53,960 nucleotides of DNA from Nemertoderma westbladi (Eukaryota > Animalia > Xenacoelomorpha). Made by a program: the position numbers and the translations under genes. Below the pieces are notes generated by a model. That model was not told the origin of the DNA. It worked only from the letters and a program-made list of their open reading frames with translations, and made no database searches. Below, in pieces: positions 1 through 13,480 of the stretch; the first letter of the stretch is position 1, and each line of letters opens with the position of its first letter. Location: assembly GCA_032718475.1 (NCBI GenBank), contig JAUCBJ010007763.1:1-53960 (forward strand). The letters are read 5' to 3'.

Positions 1-1130
1 CAGGTTTTCTAGGGCGCTGATTCTAATGGAATACATTTCTAATATGCCCCATCATTGCTACTTGTATTTTTCGGCGTAATTTGGCAAATTTTGGTGCTAG
101 GACCAAATTTCGTACCCATCACCAAAAAGTACAAGTTTGCGATGTCCAGTGCTGTTTTTATTGATTCCATCGGATTCAGGACCCTCATAAACCCGTATAA
201 CGCAATAAACAAGATGATACTATCTACTGATCAATTTGCTTATTTTCCAAAATTTGGTGCTGGCACAACAATTTTCACCCACCGGCGAAAAATACAAGTT
301 TGAAAACTCTCATGAAATTTTTACTGATTCCATTGAATTCAGAACCCTCACAAACCCGTATAACGCAAGAAACAAGGTGACACAATCAATTTATATATTT
401 GATGGTTTTCAAAATTTGGTGCTAGCACCACATTTTGCACCCACTTCCGAAAAATACAAGTTTGAGATGCCTAGATCGAAAATTATATATTCCATTCAAT
501 TCAGAATAGCCATAAACCTCTAAAACGCAAGAAATAAATTGTCACAAACAATTTTATCAATTGAATGGATTTTCAAAATTTCGTGCTAGCACCAAAATTT
601 GCACCCACCACCGAAAAATACAAGTTTGATACGCTTGGTGCAACTCGTATATATTTCATCGAAACCAGAACCCCAAAAAACCCCAATTGCGTAAAAAACA
701 AGTTTCACACAATCAATTTACAAAATTGACATATTTCAAAATTTGGTGCTGGCACCAAAAATTGGCACCCGCCGAAAAAAACAAGTTTGAAATTTCTAAT
801 TCAATTTATATGAATTCCATCCAATTTCTAACACCAAAAAACCGGTGTAAATCAATAATAGAGATGTTACAATTCATATTTAATGAAATGTAATTTTCAA
901 AAAACGTCTCAAAAAAAGTGCCAAAAGTAGGGTTAAAAAATGGTGCTATAACTCGAAAACTACCCAATATTTTTGAAAACGGTTTTCACTACTAGGAAGA
1001 CAATAGATTTTTAGGAAAAGTCATAAAATTTCAGATTCCCAACTGCGTTTGTTTCAGAATTATAATAAAAAAACCACGGGGGGGGTCATATTGACCCCCC
1101 CCCCCCCCCCCCCCCCCGGGTTTAATAGGG
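1..1130. mobile_element. Right end of a non-autonomous DNA transposon with ~163-bp degenerate internal tandem repeats
   Basis: The motif AAAATTTGGTGCT(G/A)GCAC recurs near 87, 249, 411, 575 and 737 (period ~163 bp). The region ends in a G/C-run hairpin (1078-1120) and ...AATAGGG|TTAG, resembling a piggyBac-like CCCT terminus with a degenerate TTAA. The left end is outside the window and the family assignment is tentative. Confidence 0.5.
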
Positions 1131-1924
1131 TTAGATCTGTTTTGCTCGTGAATAAGAGTGCGTTTGATTCCCGTAAGGATGGATTTACTGAGGCCATTTT
1201 CAGGTCTGGAAATGTCTGGAAATCTGATTTGCAAATTTCTTTGCTGTTCACCGAAGATATCACTTACTGTTAATGTTTGGGAGAATTTTGAATATCTTAA
1301 CAGAGATTCGAGATGGGTACAAATTGATACGAACGGCAAGTTGACATCAACTTCTGCTTTGGGAGTACATTTGAAGCACTAGACAATCTACAGTCTATAT
1401 CTGTCAACAATAACATACTGCATAAATCTAATTTATTGTTTTGGCTGAATGACTCATTCCGACCGCGTATTTCTGAAAAGCTGTCCATCATATTTAAGGA
1501 AGGTTGCTCAAACGAATGTAGATATCTTATTGTTTATTCTACATATAATTGTTGACAAAGTTGATAATCCCTATGCACATTGGTTCTGAAATAGAGTTAA
1601 GAGAAAGTCTTATAATGACTGTTCTGACTAGGCAGGTTATGGAAATTGTTTATGTAGCTTTATTAAATAAAACTTGGCTCGATCTGATTATAATTGTTAA
1701 TCGAAATGTCATTTATTGTTTGAATTTGTTGTTTGTTGGGTAACTTGTTTATTAAATAGTTGTTTGTTTCATTTTATGTTTACTCTTTAGAGGTATTATG
1801 CTGGGCATATGCGTCACACTTGATGTTTATTTTGAAACACAAGCAATAAAATTTTTTCAGGGGGGGGGGGGGGGGGGGGGGGATTTGAGTCAGGTCAGGT
1901 CCCCAGATCCTGCTACCACTATGG

Positions 1925-1995
1925 CTACTACTAGGATCGGCATGCTGCATTGCAGCTGCATTTTTAAGAATGCTGTGCCGGCTTATCGACAAAAT
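1925..1995 (-). mobile_element. ~70-bp 3' stub of the RTE LINE family
   Basis: Near-identical to 2464-2531 and to the reverse complement of 45154-45219, including the (TAG)n tail. Confidence 0.85.
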
Positions 1996-2071
1996 GGCAG
2001 TGATGTGGTACTACCTGTAGCTGTCAGCCCAGTAGGGCAGTATAGCCTATTCATTATTTAGTTGATCAAGA

Positions 2072-2443
2072 GTTGGTTGGTTTTAGCCCCGTCAACTAAA
2101 TAAGTCATTGAGGGCTATAGCACCATTGAATGCAAAGGCTTGATACGCATCTGCAATAGAGATGATACATGCCCGATCTGTCTATACTGGATGCTCCTCT
2201 ACTAGCTAACCCAACCCAGGAGGCACTCTTGGTTCAAGGTGTAACAAAAGGACCCCTACAGTCGGCAGCAGGGCTGTAGGCCATGGATAGGCGGAAGGTA
2301 ATCAACCAACGGCTAGACATGCTGACAAGGTCGGTGGAAGGTAATCAACCAACGGCGACCTACTGCGAAGTCGCTTGTAGGAGTTGCGACCACAAGCGGT
2401 TTACTCTCGCAACTGAAAGATATATGTCCGAGTTCGCTCGACC
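2072..2443 (-). mobile_element. Short SINE-like or non-autonomous retroelement
   Basis: GC-richer ~370-bp segment. On the minus strand it ends GCCCTCAATGAC...GTTGACGGGGCTAAAACCAACCAA, which resembles LINE-related SINE 3' tails. No Pol III boxes were recognised. Confidence 0.35.
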
Positions 2444-2457
2444 TAGTAGTAGTAGTA

Positions 2458-5131
2458 CTACTACTACTAGGATCGGCATGCTGCATTGCAGCTGCATTTT
2501 TAAGAATGCTGTGCCGGCTTGTCAACAAAATTGCACCGCCACAACTCCCTATCACCCATGACATTTGCTAGATCATCCGCATCTTTAAGGCCAGTGTCCT
2601 TTAAGATGCGTCTCAAGAAAGTCATGGGCTGTCCACCATGCTTATTCACTCCATGAGGCTGCCAAAGTACAAGATTATGCACTGGCTGGTCCTCACGGCG
2701 AAAGCAATGTCCTGCAAAGCGGAGGCGATTTTGTTCTAGTGTCAAGCTTGGGGGAACCAATGAGACACCTCCAATGTTATATAGTGTCTGGTTGGAGATG
2801 TGTGCATTGTACTTGACACAATGTACCCGGCGTAGCATTCTTGTGAATGTGCCATCCAGAGATTTGGTGTCCTCAGCAGTTAGAGCCCAGCATGGACTCC
2901 CGTAGAGGAGTACTGGAACTACTGCTGCTCTAAATAATCGGACCTTAAGTTTCCGATTAATTCTAGGTGACTTCCAAATCCTGGAAAGCCTATTCAAGGC
3001 TGCCCATGCCTTTCCCTTACGTATTCGAAGGTCCTCACCTGACTTCCGGATCCATGATCCCAGGTAACAGAAGTCGTCCACATGCTCAAGCATACCATCC
3101 TTTGAGCTTATGCTCATCCGATCAGAGACTTGCTGAGGACTTTCAAAGTTAACTGTCAGAATTTTGGTCTTTCTGGAGTTAATAAAAAGACCAACACTAG
3201 AAGCAGCATGTTCTAATGAGCTGAGGAGCCGCTGGGCTCCCTCTAATGATTCTGAGAGTACTCCTAAGTCATCAGCAAAGTCTAGATCAGTTAGGTACTT
3301 GGCAGGATTTCCTCGACTTCTGGAGCCAGTAGGTGGAGTTATCATCACCCCATCATCATTATGATGATCTAAGGACATGCGTAGAACATAGTCAACCACA
3401 ATAATGAACAAGAATGGTGCAAGTGTGTCTCCTTGGAGGACGCCCCATAACACTTCAAATGGTTCTGTGTCACCGTCAACAGTAGACACAAATGTTGTCG
3501 AACCATCGTATACTGATCTGATTGCTGCAATAATTTCATCAGGAATCCCATATAATGAAAGTATGCTGAACATACGTGAGCGAGAGACTGAATCAAAGGC
3601 CTTGAAGAAGTCAACAAAGATAACAGCCAGATGCCTGTCTTTCTTTTTTGATAACTCTTCAATTATCCTTCTAAGTGCCAAAATGGGCTCCATGGTCCCA
3701 CGACCTTTACGGAACCCATTCTGATTTCCACGTAGCAGTCTCTCAATGGGATCCCTGATGCGATTTAATAGAATTCTATTGTATAGTTTTGCAGCAATCG
3801 AGATCAATGAGATTCCCCGAAAAGAACCATAGAGTGTTAGGTTGCCCTTCTTGGGAACTGGCACCAACTTATTTGTTTTCATTTCTTGTGGGACTCTTGT
3901 TGTACGGTACATGTCTACTATGATGGGATAGATGAGCTTTAAACACTCAGGTATTTTAAAGACCTCAGGGGGAACACCATCTACTCCACTGGCACGATTG
4001 GTCTTAATGCTCTTTGCAGCAGCCTTCACTTCTGCAAAGGAGATATCGCCAATGGGAATATCTGGGAGTACAGACTCAGACACTTTTACTTCTATAAAGT
4101 TATCAGGCAATACCCTGTCATTATTGAGGAGCTTTTCGAAGTGGGCTTTCCAACCATTGAGGCGATCGGCTGGTGATTCAGCCTTAACCTTGGTGGTTGG
4201 TTGGCTTTTCCGCCCAGTAAGCAGATTGATCGATTTCCATGCCTGGGATGATTGCCTGCTGTCGTCAGCATCATTGATGGCATCAACCTGTTGGTTTATT
4301 AGCTCCTGTAGATTAACAGAGTACTGCCTGTTCAGGGACCTAGATGCAGCTTTAACTGCATTCTTGGCCGCTGTAGTCTGTTTGAGTCGGGACTCTTTCT
4401 GCGCCTTATGAAGGTCATTTCGGCACTTCTGAATTTTGTTGTCAGTCCAGGGGGCCCTTTTCCTGTTTCGAGGGTATACAGGAACTGTTTCTGCAGCTGC
4501 TAACTTAACTGCTTCTGTAAAGGCAGTATAGCCCTCACAGTGATCTGCCGCCTCAGAGGCAAGAGCCTCATACCTGTTGCTCAGCTGTAGTGTGAAGCTG
4601 GATCTCACACTTGGCTGTTGCAACAGAGAGGACCAGTCATGCCGTGGCAAGGCAGATTTCGTTGTTCTGCTAGCACGCAGACTAAGTTTTACCTTGGCCA
4701 CAATAAGGCGGTGATCACTGGAGAAGGGTCGAAGTGTAAATGCATTACAGTCTTGTATAGAGCTCCTGTATTTCCTACGAAACAGAATATGGTCTATCTG
4801 GGACTTGTGACCACTGGGTCCACTATGAGTCCATAGCTTTCCAGTTCGCTTCTTGAACTGGGTTCCAGCCGAAAACAATCCATTTCCAGAGATAAAATCC
4901 TGAAGATGGACAGAATTTCGGTTAACACTATTGCTATAGACCCAGGGCGATGTAGGTGATTGATGCAGACTTGCATTAAAGTCTCCCAGGAATGTTAAGA
5001 ATGCATGCTGATCCACTCCATCAGTTGCTGCTTGTAGATTGTGGTAGAAATTTTCCACCTCCTCTACAGGGGCAACACTAGTTGGAGAGTAGCACACAAT
5101 CAGAACCACCTTAGGAAACTTCTTAGCCAGT
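2458..5131 (-). mobile_element. 5'-truncated RTE-clade LINE with a 14-bp TSD
   Basis: Encodes APE and RT. The 3' UTR ends CCGATCC(TAG)n. Identical flanks TAGTAGTAGTAGTA lie at 2444-2457 and 5132-5145. The truncation point corresponds to 42551 in the longer copy. Confidence 0.93.
2500..5109 (-). CDS. RTE LINE APE endonuclease (N-truncated) plus reverse transcriptase, uninterrupted for 869 codons
   Basis: APE motifs GDFNA, QIDHIL and SDH. RT motifs FRGISL, QNGFR, FVDFFKAFDSV, GVLQGDTLAP, DLDFADDL and YLGS. RTE-type C-terminus DRELWR. No true start codon because the copy is truncated. Confidence 0.9.
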   Translation of the reverse strand: MVLIVCYSPTSVAPVEEVENFYHNLQAATDGVDQHAFLTFLGDFNASLHQSPTSPWVYSNSVNRNSVHLQDFISGNGLFSAGTQFKKRTGKLWTHSGPSGHKSQIDHILFRRKYRSSIQDCNAFTLRPFSSDHRLIVAKVKLSLRASRTTKSALPRHDWSSLLQQPSVRSSFTLQLSNRYEALASEAADHCEGYTAFTEAVKLAAAETVPVYPRNRKRAPWTDNKIQKCRNDLHKAQKESRLKQTTAAKNAVKAASRSLNRQYSVNLQELINQQVDAINDADDSRQSSQAWKSINLLTGRKSQPTTKVKAESPADRLNGWKAHFEKLLNNDRVLPDNFIEVKVSESVLPDIPIGDISFAEVKAAAKSIKTNRASGVDGVPPEVFKIPECLKLIYPIIVDMYRTTRVPQEMKTNKLVPVPKKGNLTLYGSFRGISLISIAAKLYNRILLNRIRDPIERLLRGNQNGFRKGRGTMEPILALRRIIEELSKKKDRHLAVIFVDFFKAFDSVSRSRMFSILSLYGIPDEIIAAIRSVYDGSTTFVSTVDGDTEPFEVLWGVLQGDTLAPFLFIIVVDYVLRMSLDHHNDDGVMITPPTGSRSRGNPAKYLTDLDFADDLGVLSESLEGAQRLLSSLEHAASSVGLFINSRKTKILTVNFESPQQVSDRMSISSKDGMLEHVDDFCYLGSWIRKSGEDLRIRKGKAWAALNRLSRIWKSPRINRKLKVRLFRAAVVPVLLYGSPCWALTAEDTKSLDGTFTRMLRRVHCVKYNAHISNQTLYNIGGVSLVPPSLTLEQNRLRFAGHCFRREDQPVHNLVLWQPHGVNKHGGQPMTFLRRILKDTGLKDADDLANVMGDRELWRCNFVDKPAQHS

Positions 5132-8100
5132 TAGTAGTAGTAGTAGCAGGGGGGGGGGGGGGTGTTGTTAGTTTATTATTCACCCACCCACTGGAGCTTT
5201 GTGTAAGCAATATAGAGAGTACTTTAGAAAGAAGGAAACCCCTAAACCCCAAGATACAGATATACGTAGAACGTATAAGTACTAGAAATGCAGCTGCTAG
5301 AGCTACTGAAAGAATCAAGGAGCAGCATCAAGATGGCCCGGGAGAATGTTGAAAATAAATTAGACTGTGGTGGTGAGAATACAGTAGTTGACCTTACTGT
5401 TTCTATAAAATATATGCCCTTCAGGATCTAAGTTCTTATCTTTGAGTTATACCGGTACGCTGTACTGTACTGCTTTCTTGATATATCTGAATGTGCTTTT
5501 TGTCTATATATGTCTGGGTCTGCATGTGCTTTTGTATGTACGTCATTAACTGGATGTATGTCTTATTGTCTACCTAATGAATACGGAAACATAGTGCAGA
5601 ATTGCTTGACTCTGTATTTTCGTCTGCTTTACTAGACTACAATTCCCAACAAATGCAACACTAATACAATATTTCTCCTGATCCTGAAACTATCCTGATT
5701 GGGTAGATATTTTCATATTGGATGGGTTTAATGTATTGTTAGCTAATAAGGTGACTTTCTCTCTCCTCGTTGTGGCTATAGGATATTTGGAATATTGCTA
5801 CAATAGGTTATATATACAATACAATATTGGGGGTGTCCTACTGCGGCCCCATTGTACACTTATCCAATAATATAATACTGAACACAATGGCCATACTGTA
5901 ATATCTAGTAGATTGCGCAGTCATGACTTTAATTTGGTTCCTATTTGGCTCTCAGTTTGTAAGCTTGACCTTTCTAGCTGACAATAGCATAACTATTTAA
6001 GGAGACATATTGGTTTTGGGTGACGAAGTGCTTCTCAGAGATGGCTCCCGTAACATACCATTGCTATTTGGTTAGCATGATAGCATGCTGCGGCAACAAT
6101 AACTAATGCTATTGTGTATGATGAGTGTATCATTTCATTTAATGGAAGTTATTGAAAAATAAATGTAAATTGTTTGTTACATGAAATCAAATTTATAAGC
6201 TGCTATTAATTAACCAGTACATCAGAAGGTCCTAAAAATAGTATAAATCAGAAATCATAAAAAAACCATTACTCACATAATTTTGTGTACATAAACTCCA
6301 TGATAACTTTTTTATAGTAATACTTTAGTATATACTGTATATTCATTCATATGGCTTCACTAGAAGTTTAATTTAACTAAAAGTCCCAATTATTTTATAA
6401 CCATATAGTCCATCTTCCATAGCAACTAACTAAACACTCGAAACCATAATGGAGATTTAGGTTCATAGGCTTCCGATTGAAACCGAAAACACGAAACCTG
6501 ATATAATAGAACATATCATTTAGAGTGCTGCTATCCAGTTTCGACCAACTATGGTTTAATTACGACATTTACATATAATCATATTAATTTGTATGCACTG
6601 TGAATATCACTACATCCATTACTCATTCACACAACCTCATTGGGTTACAACGAGCCCTAGTTAGTTAGTTAGGTGAACTGTTGCGAGTTCGTTTAATTTT
6701 CTCATTGACAATTAATTATATGAATAGTTTGGACAAGTGAGCAATTTACATTGAAATGTATGTAAATCAAACAAAAATTTACACAAAAGAAGTTTTCAAT
6801 ATTAACAAATTAAACTGAGTATTTACCAATAGATACTACACATGTATATACTTTATATTTTATACACTATACTTACTATGTAACGTTCGATCAAATGATT
6901 ACCTGTAATGATACTGCTATCAAAACAAAAACATATCGACGGATTATAAATATATCACATATTTAATATATCGCATATATAATCACATATTTACTATGTA
7001 ACGTTTGATGAGTCATCAAGGTGTATTAATAATGGTACTATTACTACAATATATAGATATAGTGTTCGCCTAATGAAATAAAATAAGCATAAATCGATGA
7101 GTATACATAGAGATAAAAAAGTTCGTAAAGCGTATAATTAGTAGTGAGGTATGGTTTTTAGGTAAGAGATTGAAACCAAGTTGCAGAATTATATAAAATC
7201 TAAAACAAATTCATAAAAAACAACGACTGTTCAAAACATATTCAAATGTCAAAAACATTCACTAATTACTAACAGAAAATACAAGACGCTCACTGGAAAA
7301 GCCCGGAAACCCTGTATAGAGGGAAACCCTTTGCTAAAATGGGAGAGCTGTAAACTCAACCATATTGAAGCTGTTAGTTGACAACATGTCAGGGCATGGC
7401 ACACATCCTGTACCGAAACGCCATCGCACTCAGGCATACCATCTCCTCCCGCGGAACTCTGGTCCATCAGTCCCGTACGACAGGGAGTACCTGAACCTTG
7501 TCCACACGATTTCGTGATTCTCTGGGATTCCACAGATTTTAGTCACGTACACACACATCTGGTGTAATTAAATCGCCATTAAACAGTTTGTTGGATATTC
7601 TTTTAAACGAAGAACTAGTTCTCAATCTTTCCCTCGGGGGTTTCTTTATCTTTGCGATATATATTCCCCATATTCAAACTGTCCACAAAAAATTATAATG
7701 TGTGGACCACAACGCGTCTTATTGGATAAAGCAATGTCTAAAGATGTGAATCGGATCCGTCATTGATGTTCGATCTACTGTAGGATCGATTTTACAATAT
7801 TACCTTGTGGATTTTTAAAATAAGCCATAGCAGTTGGTATTACCGACGTACATGACACCTTGTCATATATCAGATATCATAGCCATCGGAGGCTGCATTA
7901 ACAAACATAAACAAACTACAGTCATAGAGTGTGCGCTTGGATTCACTTTCCGTGATGCAACATAGGTTGAGGCACAAGGCACCCATTGTGTACGCGGAGC
8001 TCTAATTAATAAGAGAAACCAAATGAAAGCCTATGAGGGCAGAAACGAACGTAGTAATTATCATACAGCTATATTATATCGTGCACAAATATCCCTTATA

Positions 8101-8710
8101 TAATCTACCTATGAATATGAATAATGCATACAATACACATCATAACAATACTGCACACTAATTATAATTATTTATGCTTTTTCTTTGCAGACGTGGATAT
8201 CTTCTGCAAAACTCGATATCTATTTATTTATAAAGAAATAAAATATATTAAAAAAGATATTCGCAAAGATATTCGGCATCAACGTGACTTACCACTTACA
8301 CATCTATCCAGAAACTCCTCTTCAGTATAACGGTCAATCTCAGATCTTAGTTTAATGTAAGGTAGAAAATGCACCCATGTGGGACGGTAGCAGTTATGGC
8401 ATCACAAATGACTCAAAATCCAGTCAGTTTTACTATTGAAATTAAATATAAAATACATATTGAATTAGATTTCAATATAATATTGTAACTGTTTGTATTT
8501 GTTGTAGTCATTAAGGGTAATCAAGGAAATATACTTAATTCCCAGCCATTAATGTTAATTCCGCATGTTTTGTTATGTCTAGGAAATAATGTAATACATT
8601 ACAGTAAAATATGTAAAATCGGCTGCCTGTGAGAAAGTGAGAACCTAATATTTACATATAAAATACAATTACAATTGCTGTCATGTTTACTCATTTAGGC
8701 ATGAAAAAAT

Positions 8711-8786
8711 CAAGAAATTGAAATTACTTGCCAAGAAATTGAAATTACTTGCCAAGAAATTGAAATTACTTGCCAAGTAATTTCAA
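8711..8786. repeat. 21-bp tandem repeat (three copies) ending in a perfect hairpin
   Basis: CAAGAAATTGAAATTACTTGC x3. TTGAAATTACTTG-C-CAAGTAATTTCAA forms an inverted repeat at 8760-8786. Confidence 0.85.
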
Positions 8787-8845
8787 ATGGAATTGGCGAA
8801 TGTAGCCCCGCCTGCACGTGGTGTTTAATAAATGTGTGGAATAAA

Positions 8846-11800
8846 TGTACATGGCCCCGCGCACGGATGGATGTACGTGGCCCCGTGCCCGGATAGATAA
8901 ATGGATGGATGTACGTGGCCCTGTGTCTGGGTAGATAATGGATGGATGTATGTGGCCCTGCGCAGCGCATGGATGGATGTACGTGGCCCCGCGCCTGGAT
9001 AGATAAATGGTTGGATGTGCGTGGCCCTGTGCCCGGGTAGATAATGGATGGATGTACGTGGCCCGACACACGGATGGATGTACGTGGCCCTGCGCCCGGG
9101 TAGATAATGGATGGATGTACGTGGCCCTGTGTCTGGGTAGATAATGGATGGATGTATGTGGCCCTGCGCAGCACATGGATGGATGTATGTGGCCCCGCGC
9201 CTGGATAGATAAATGGTTGGATGTACGTGGCCCTGTGCCCGGGTAGATAATGGATGGATTTACGTGGCCCTGCGCCCGGGTAGATAGTGGATGGATGTAC
9301 GTGGCCCCGCGCATTTATGATTGTACGCGGCCCCGCGCCCGGATAGATAAATGGATGGATGTACGTGGCCCTGCGCCCAGGTAGATAATGGATGGATGTA
9401 CGTGGCCCTGTGCCCATGTAGATAATGGATGGATGTACGTTGCCCCGAGCCCAGGTAGATAATGGATGGATGTACATGGCCCTGCACCTGTGTAGATAAT
9501 GGATGTATGTATGTGACCCTGCGCCCGGGTAGATAATGGATGGATGTACATTGCCCTGCGCCCGGGTAGACAATGGATGGGTGTATGTGGCCCCGCGCCC
9601 GGGTTGATAATGGAAGGGTTGACGTGGATCCACGCCTGGGTAGATAATGGAAGCCGGTGTACGTGGCCCTGCGCCCGGGTAAATAATGGATGGATGTACA
9701 TGGCCTGTGCCCGCATAGGTAATGGATGGATGTATGTGGCCCTGCCCCCAGGTAGATAATGGAAGGATGTACATGGCCCCACGCCCGGGTAGATAATGGA
9801 AGGGTGTACATGGCCCCACACCCGGGTAGATAAAGGAAGGGTTTATGTGGCCCCACGCCTGGTTAGATAATGGAAGGGTGTTCGTGGCCCCACGCCCGGG
9901 TAAATAATGGATGGATGTATGTGGCCCCGCACCCAGATAGATAAATGTATGGATGTATGTGGGCCCCGCACCCGGGTAGATAATGGGTGGATGTACGAGG
10001 CCTTGTGCCTGGGTATATAATGGATGGATGTACATTGCCCCGAGCCCAGGTAGATAATGGATGGATGTACATGGCCCTGCACCCGGGTAGATAATGGAAG
10101 GGTGTACGTGGCCCTTCTCCCGGGTAGATAATGGAAGGGTGTATGTGGCCCCGCGCCCGGGTAGATAATGGAAGGGTGTACATTGCCCCGAGCCCAGGTA
10201 GATAATGGATGGATGTACATGGCCCTGCACCCGGGTAGATAATGGAAGGGTGTACATGGCCCCGCGCCTGGGTAGATAATGGAAGGGTGTACGTGGCCCT
10301 GCGCCTGGGTAAATAATGGATGGATGTACATGGCCCCTCACCCGGGTAGATAATGGAAGGGTGTACGTGGGCCCGCGCCCGGGTAGATAATGGAAGGGTG
10401 TACGTGGCCCCGCGCCTGGGTAGATAATGGAAGGGTCTACGTGGCCCTGCGCCTGGGTAAATAATGGATGGATGTACATGGCCCCTCACCCGGGTAGATA
10501 ATGGAAGGGTGTACGTGGCCCCGCGCCCGGGTAGATAATGGAAGGGTATACGTCGCCCCGCGCCTGGGTAGATAATGGAAGGGTGTATGGTACGTGGCCC
10601 CGCGCCTGGGTAAATAATGGATGGATGTACATGGCCTGCACCCGGATAGATAATGGATGGATGTATGTGGCCCCGCCCCCAGGTAGATAATGGAAGGGTG
10701 TACATGGCCCCACGCCCGGGTAGATAATGGATGGATGTACGTGGCCCCGCACCCGGATAGATAAATGTATGGATGTATGTGGCCCTGCACCCGGGTAGAT
10801 AATGGAAGGGTGTACATTGCCCCGCACCTGGATAGATAAATGTATGGATGTACGTGGCCCCGCACCCGGGTAGATAATGGATGGATGTACGAGGCCTTGT
10901 GCCCGGGTATATAATGGATGGATGTACATTGCCCCGAGCCCAGGTAGATAGTGGATGGATGTACATGCACCCGCACCCGGGTAGATAATAGAAGGGTGTA
11001 CGTGGCCATGCTCCCGGGTAGATAATGGAAGGGTGTACGTGGCCCCGCTCCTGGGTAGATAATGGAAGGGTGTATGTGGCCCAGCGCCTGGGTAAATAAT
11101 GGATGGATGTACATGGCCTGCACCCAGATAATGGATGGATGTACATGGCCCCGCACCCAGGTAGATAATGGAAGGGTGTACGTGGCCCCGCGCTCGGGTA
11201 GGTAATGGTAGGGTGTACATTGCCCCGTGCTCGGGTAGATAATGGAAGGGTGTATGTGGCCCCGCTCCTGGGTAAATAATGGAAGGATGTACGTGGCCCT
11301 GCTCCCGGGTAGATAATGGAAGGGTTTACGTGGCCCTGCTCTCGGGTAGATAATGGAAGGGTGAACATTGCCCCACACTCGGGCAGATAATGGAAGGGTG
11401 TACGTGGCCCTGCTCCCGGGTAGATAATGGAAGGGTGTACGTGGCCCTGCTCCCGGGTAGATAATGGAAGGGTGTACGTGGCCCTGCTCCCGGGTAGATA
11501 ATGGAAGGGTGTACGTGGCCCTGCTCCCGGGTAGATAATGGAAGGGTGTACATGGCCCTGCTCCCAGGTAGATAATGGAAGGGTGTACATGGCCCCGAGC
11601 CCAGGTAGATAATGGATGGATGTACATGGCCCCTCACCCGGGTAGATAATGGAAGGGTGTACATGGCCCTGCTCCCGGGTAGATAATGGAAGGGTGTACA
11701 TTGCCTTGCGCTCGGGTAGATAATGGGAGGGTGTACGTGGCCCTGCTCCCGGGTAGATAATGGAAGGGTGTACATGGCCCCGAGCCCAGGTAGATAATGG

Positions 11801-13480
11801 ATGGATGTACATGGCCCCTCACCCGGGTAGATAATGGAAGGGTGTACATGGCCCTGCTCCCGGGTAGATAATGGAAGGGTGTACGTGGCCCTGCTCCCGG
11901 GTAGATAATGGAAGGGTGTACATTGCCCCGCGCACGGGTAGATAATGGATGGGTGTACGTGGCCCTGCTCCCGGGTAGATAATGGAAGGGTGTACGTGGC
12001 CCTGCTCCCGGGTAGATAATGGAAGGGTGTACATGGCCCCTCACCTGGGTAGATAATGGAAGGGTGTACATGGCCCTGCTCCCGGGTAGATAATGGAAGG
12101 GTGTACATTGCCCCACACACGGGTAGATAATGGACGGGTGTACGTGGCCCTGCTCCCGGGTAGATAATGGAAGGGTGTACGTGGCCCTGCTCCCGGGTAG
12201 ATAATGGAAGGGTGTACGTGGCCCTGCTCCCGGGTAGATAATGGAAGGGTGTACATGGCCCTGCTCCTGGGTAGATAATGGAAGGGTGTACATGGCCCCG
12301 ATCCCAGGTAGATAATGGATGGATGTATATGGCCCCTCACCTGGGTAGATAATGGAAGGGTGTACGTGGCCCTGCTCCCGGGTAGATAATGGAAGGGTGT
12401 ACATTGCCTTGCGCTCGGGTAGATAATGGGAGGGTGTACGTGGCCCTGCTCCCGGGTAGATAATGGAAGGGTGTACATGGCCCCGAGCCCAGGTAGATAA
12501 TGGAAGGGTGTACATGGCCCCGAGCCCAGGTAGATAATGGATGGTTGTACATGGCCCCTCACCCGGGTAGATAATGGAAGGGTGTACAATTGTACATGGC
12601 CCTGCTCCCGGGTAGATAATGGAAGGGTGTACATGGCCCTGCTCCCGGGTAGATAATGGAAGGGTGTACGTGGCCCTGCTCCCGGGTAGATAATGGAAGG
12701 GTGTACATTGCCCCGCGCTCGGGTAGATAATGGAAGGGTGTACATGGCCCCTCACCTGGGTAGATAATGGAAGGGTGTACATTGCCCTGCTCCCGGGTAG
12801 AGAATGGAAGGGTGTACATTGCCCCGCGCACGGGTAGATAATGGACGGGTGTACGTGGCCCTGCTCCCGGGTAGATAATGGAAGGGTGTACATGGCCCTG
12901 CTCCCGGGTAGATAATGGATGGATGTACATGGTCCCTCACCCGGGTAGATAATGGAAGGGTGTACATGGCCCTGCTCCCGGGTAGATAATGGAAGGGTGT
13001 ACATGGCCCTGCTCCCGGGTAGATAATGGAAGGGTGTACGTGGCCCTGCTCCCGGGTAGATAATGGAAGGGTGTACATTGCCCCGCGCTCGGGTAGATAA
13101 TGGAAGGGTGTACATGGCCCCTCACCTGGGTAGATAATGGAAGGGTGTACATGGCCCTGCTCCCGGGTAGATAATGGAAGGGTGTACATTGCCCAGCGCA
13201 CGGGTAGATAATGGACGGGTGTACGTGGCCCTGCTCCCGGGTAGATAATGGAAGGGTGTACGTGGCCCCGCGCTCGGGTAGATAATGGAAGGGTGTACGT
13301 GTCCCCGCGCCCGGGTAGATAATGGAAGGGTATATGTGGCCCCACATCCGGGTAGATAATGGAAGGGTGTACATGGCCCCTCACCCGGATAGATAATGGA
13401 AGGGTGTACGTTGTCCTGCTCCCGGGTAGATAATGGAACGGTGTACGTGGCCCCGCGCCTGGGTAGAAAATGGAAGGTGT
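8846..13480. repeat. 37-bp minisatellite, ~125 copies
   Basis: Unit GGGTAGATAATGGAAGGGTGTACGTGGCCCTGCTCCC (GGG at 11418 and 11455 gives period 37). Left-hand variants carry GGATGGATGTAC. Confidence 0.97.

Noticed and set aside
7250-7760. Possible Harbinger/ISL2EU transposase remnant (minus-strand VSLYTGFPGF)
   Set aside because: Only one short motif flanked by stops, with no TIRs or DDE motifs found.
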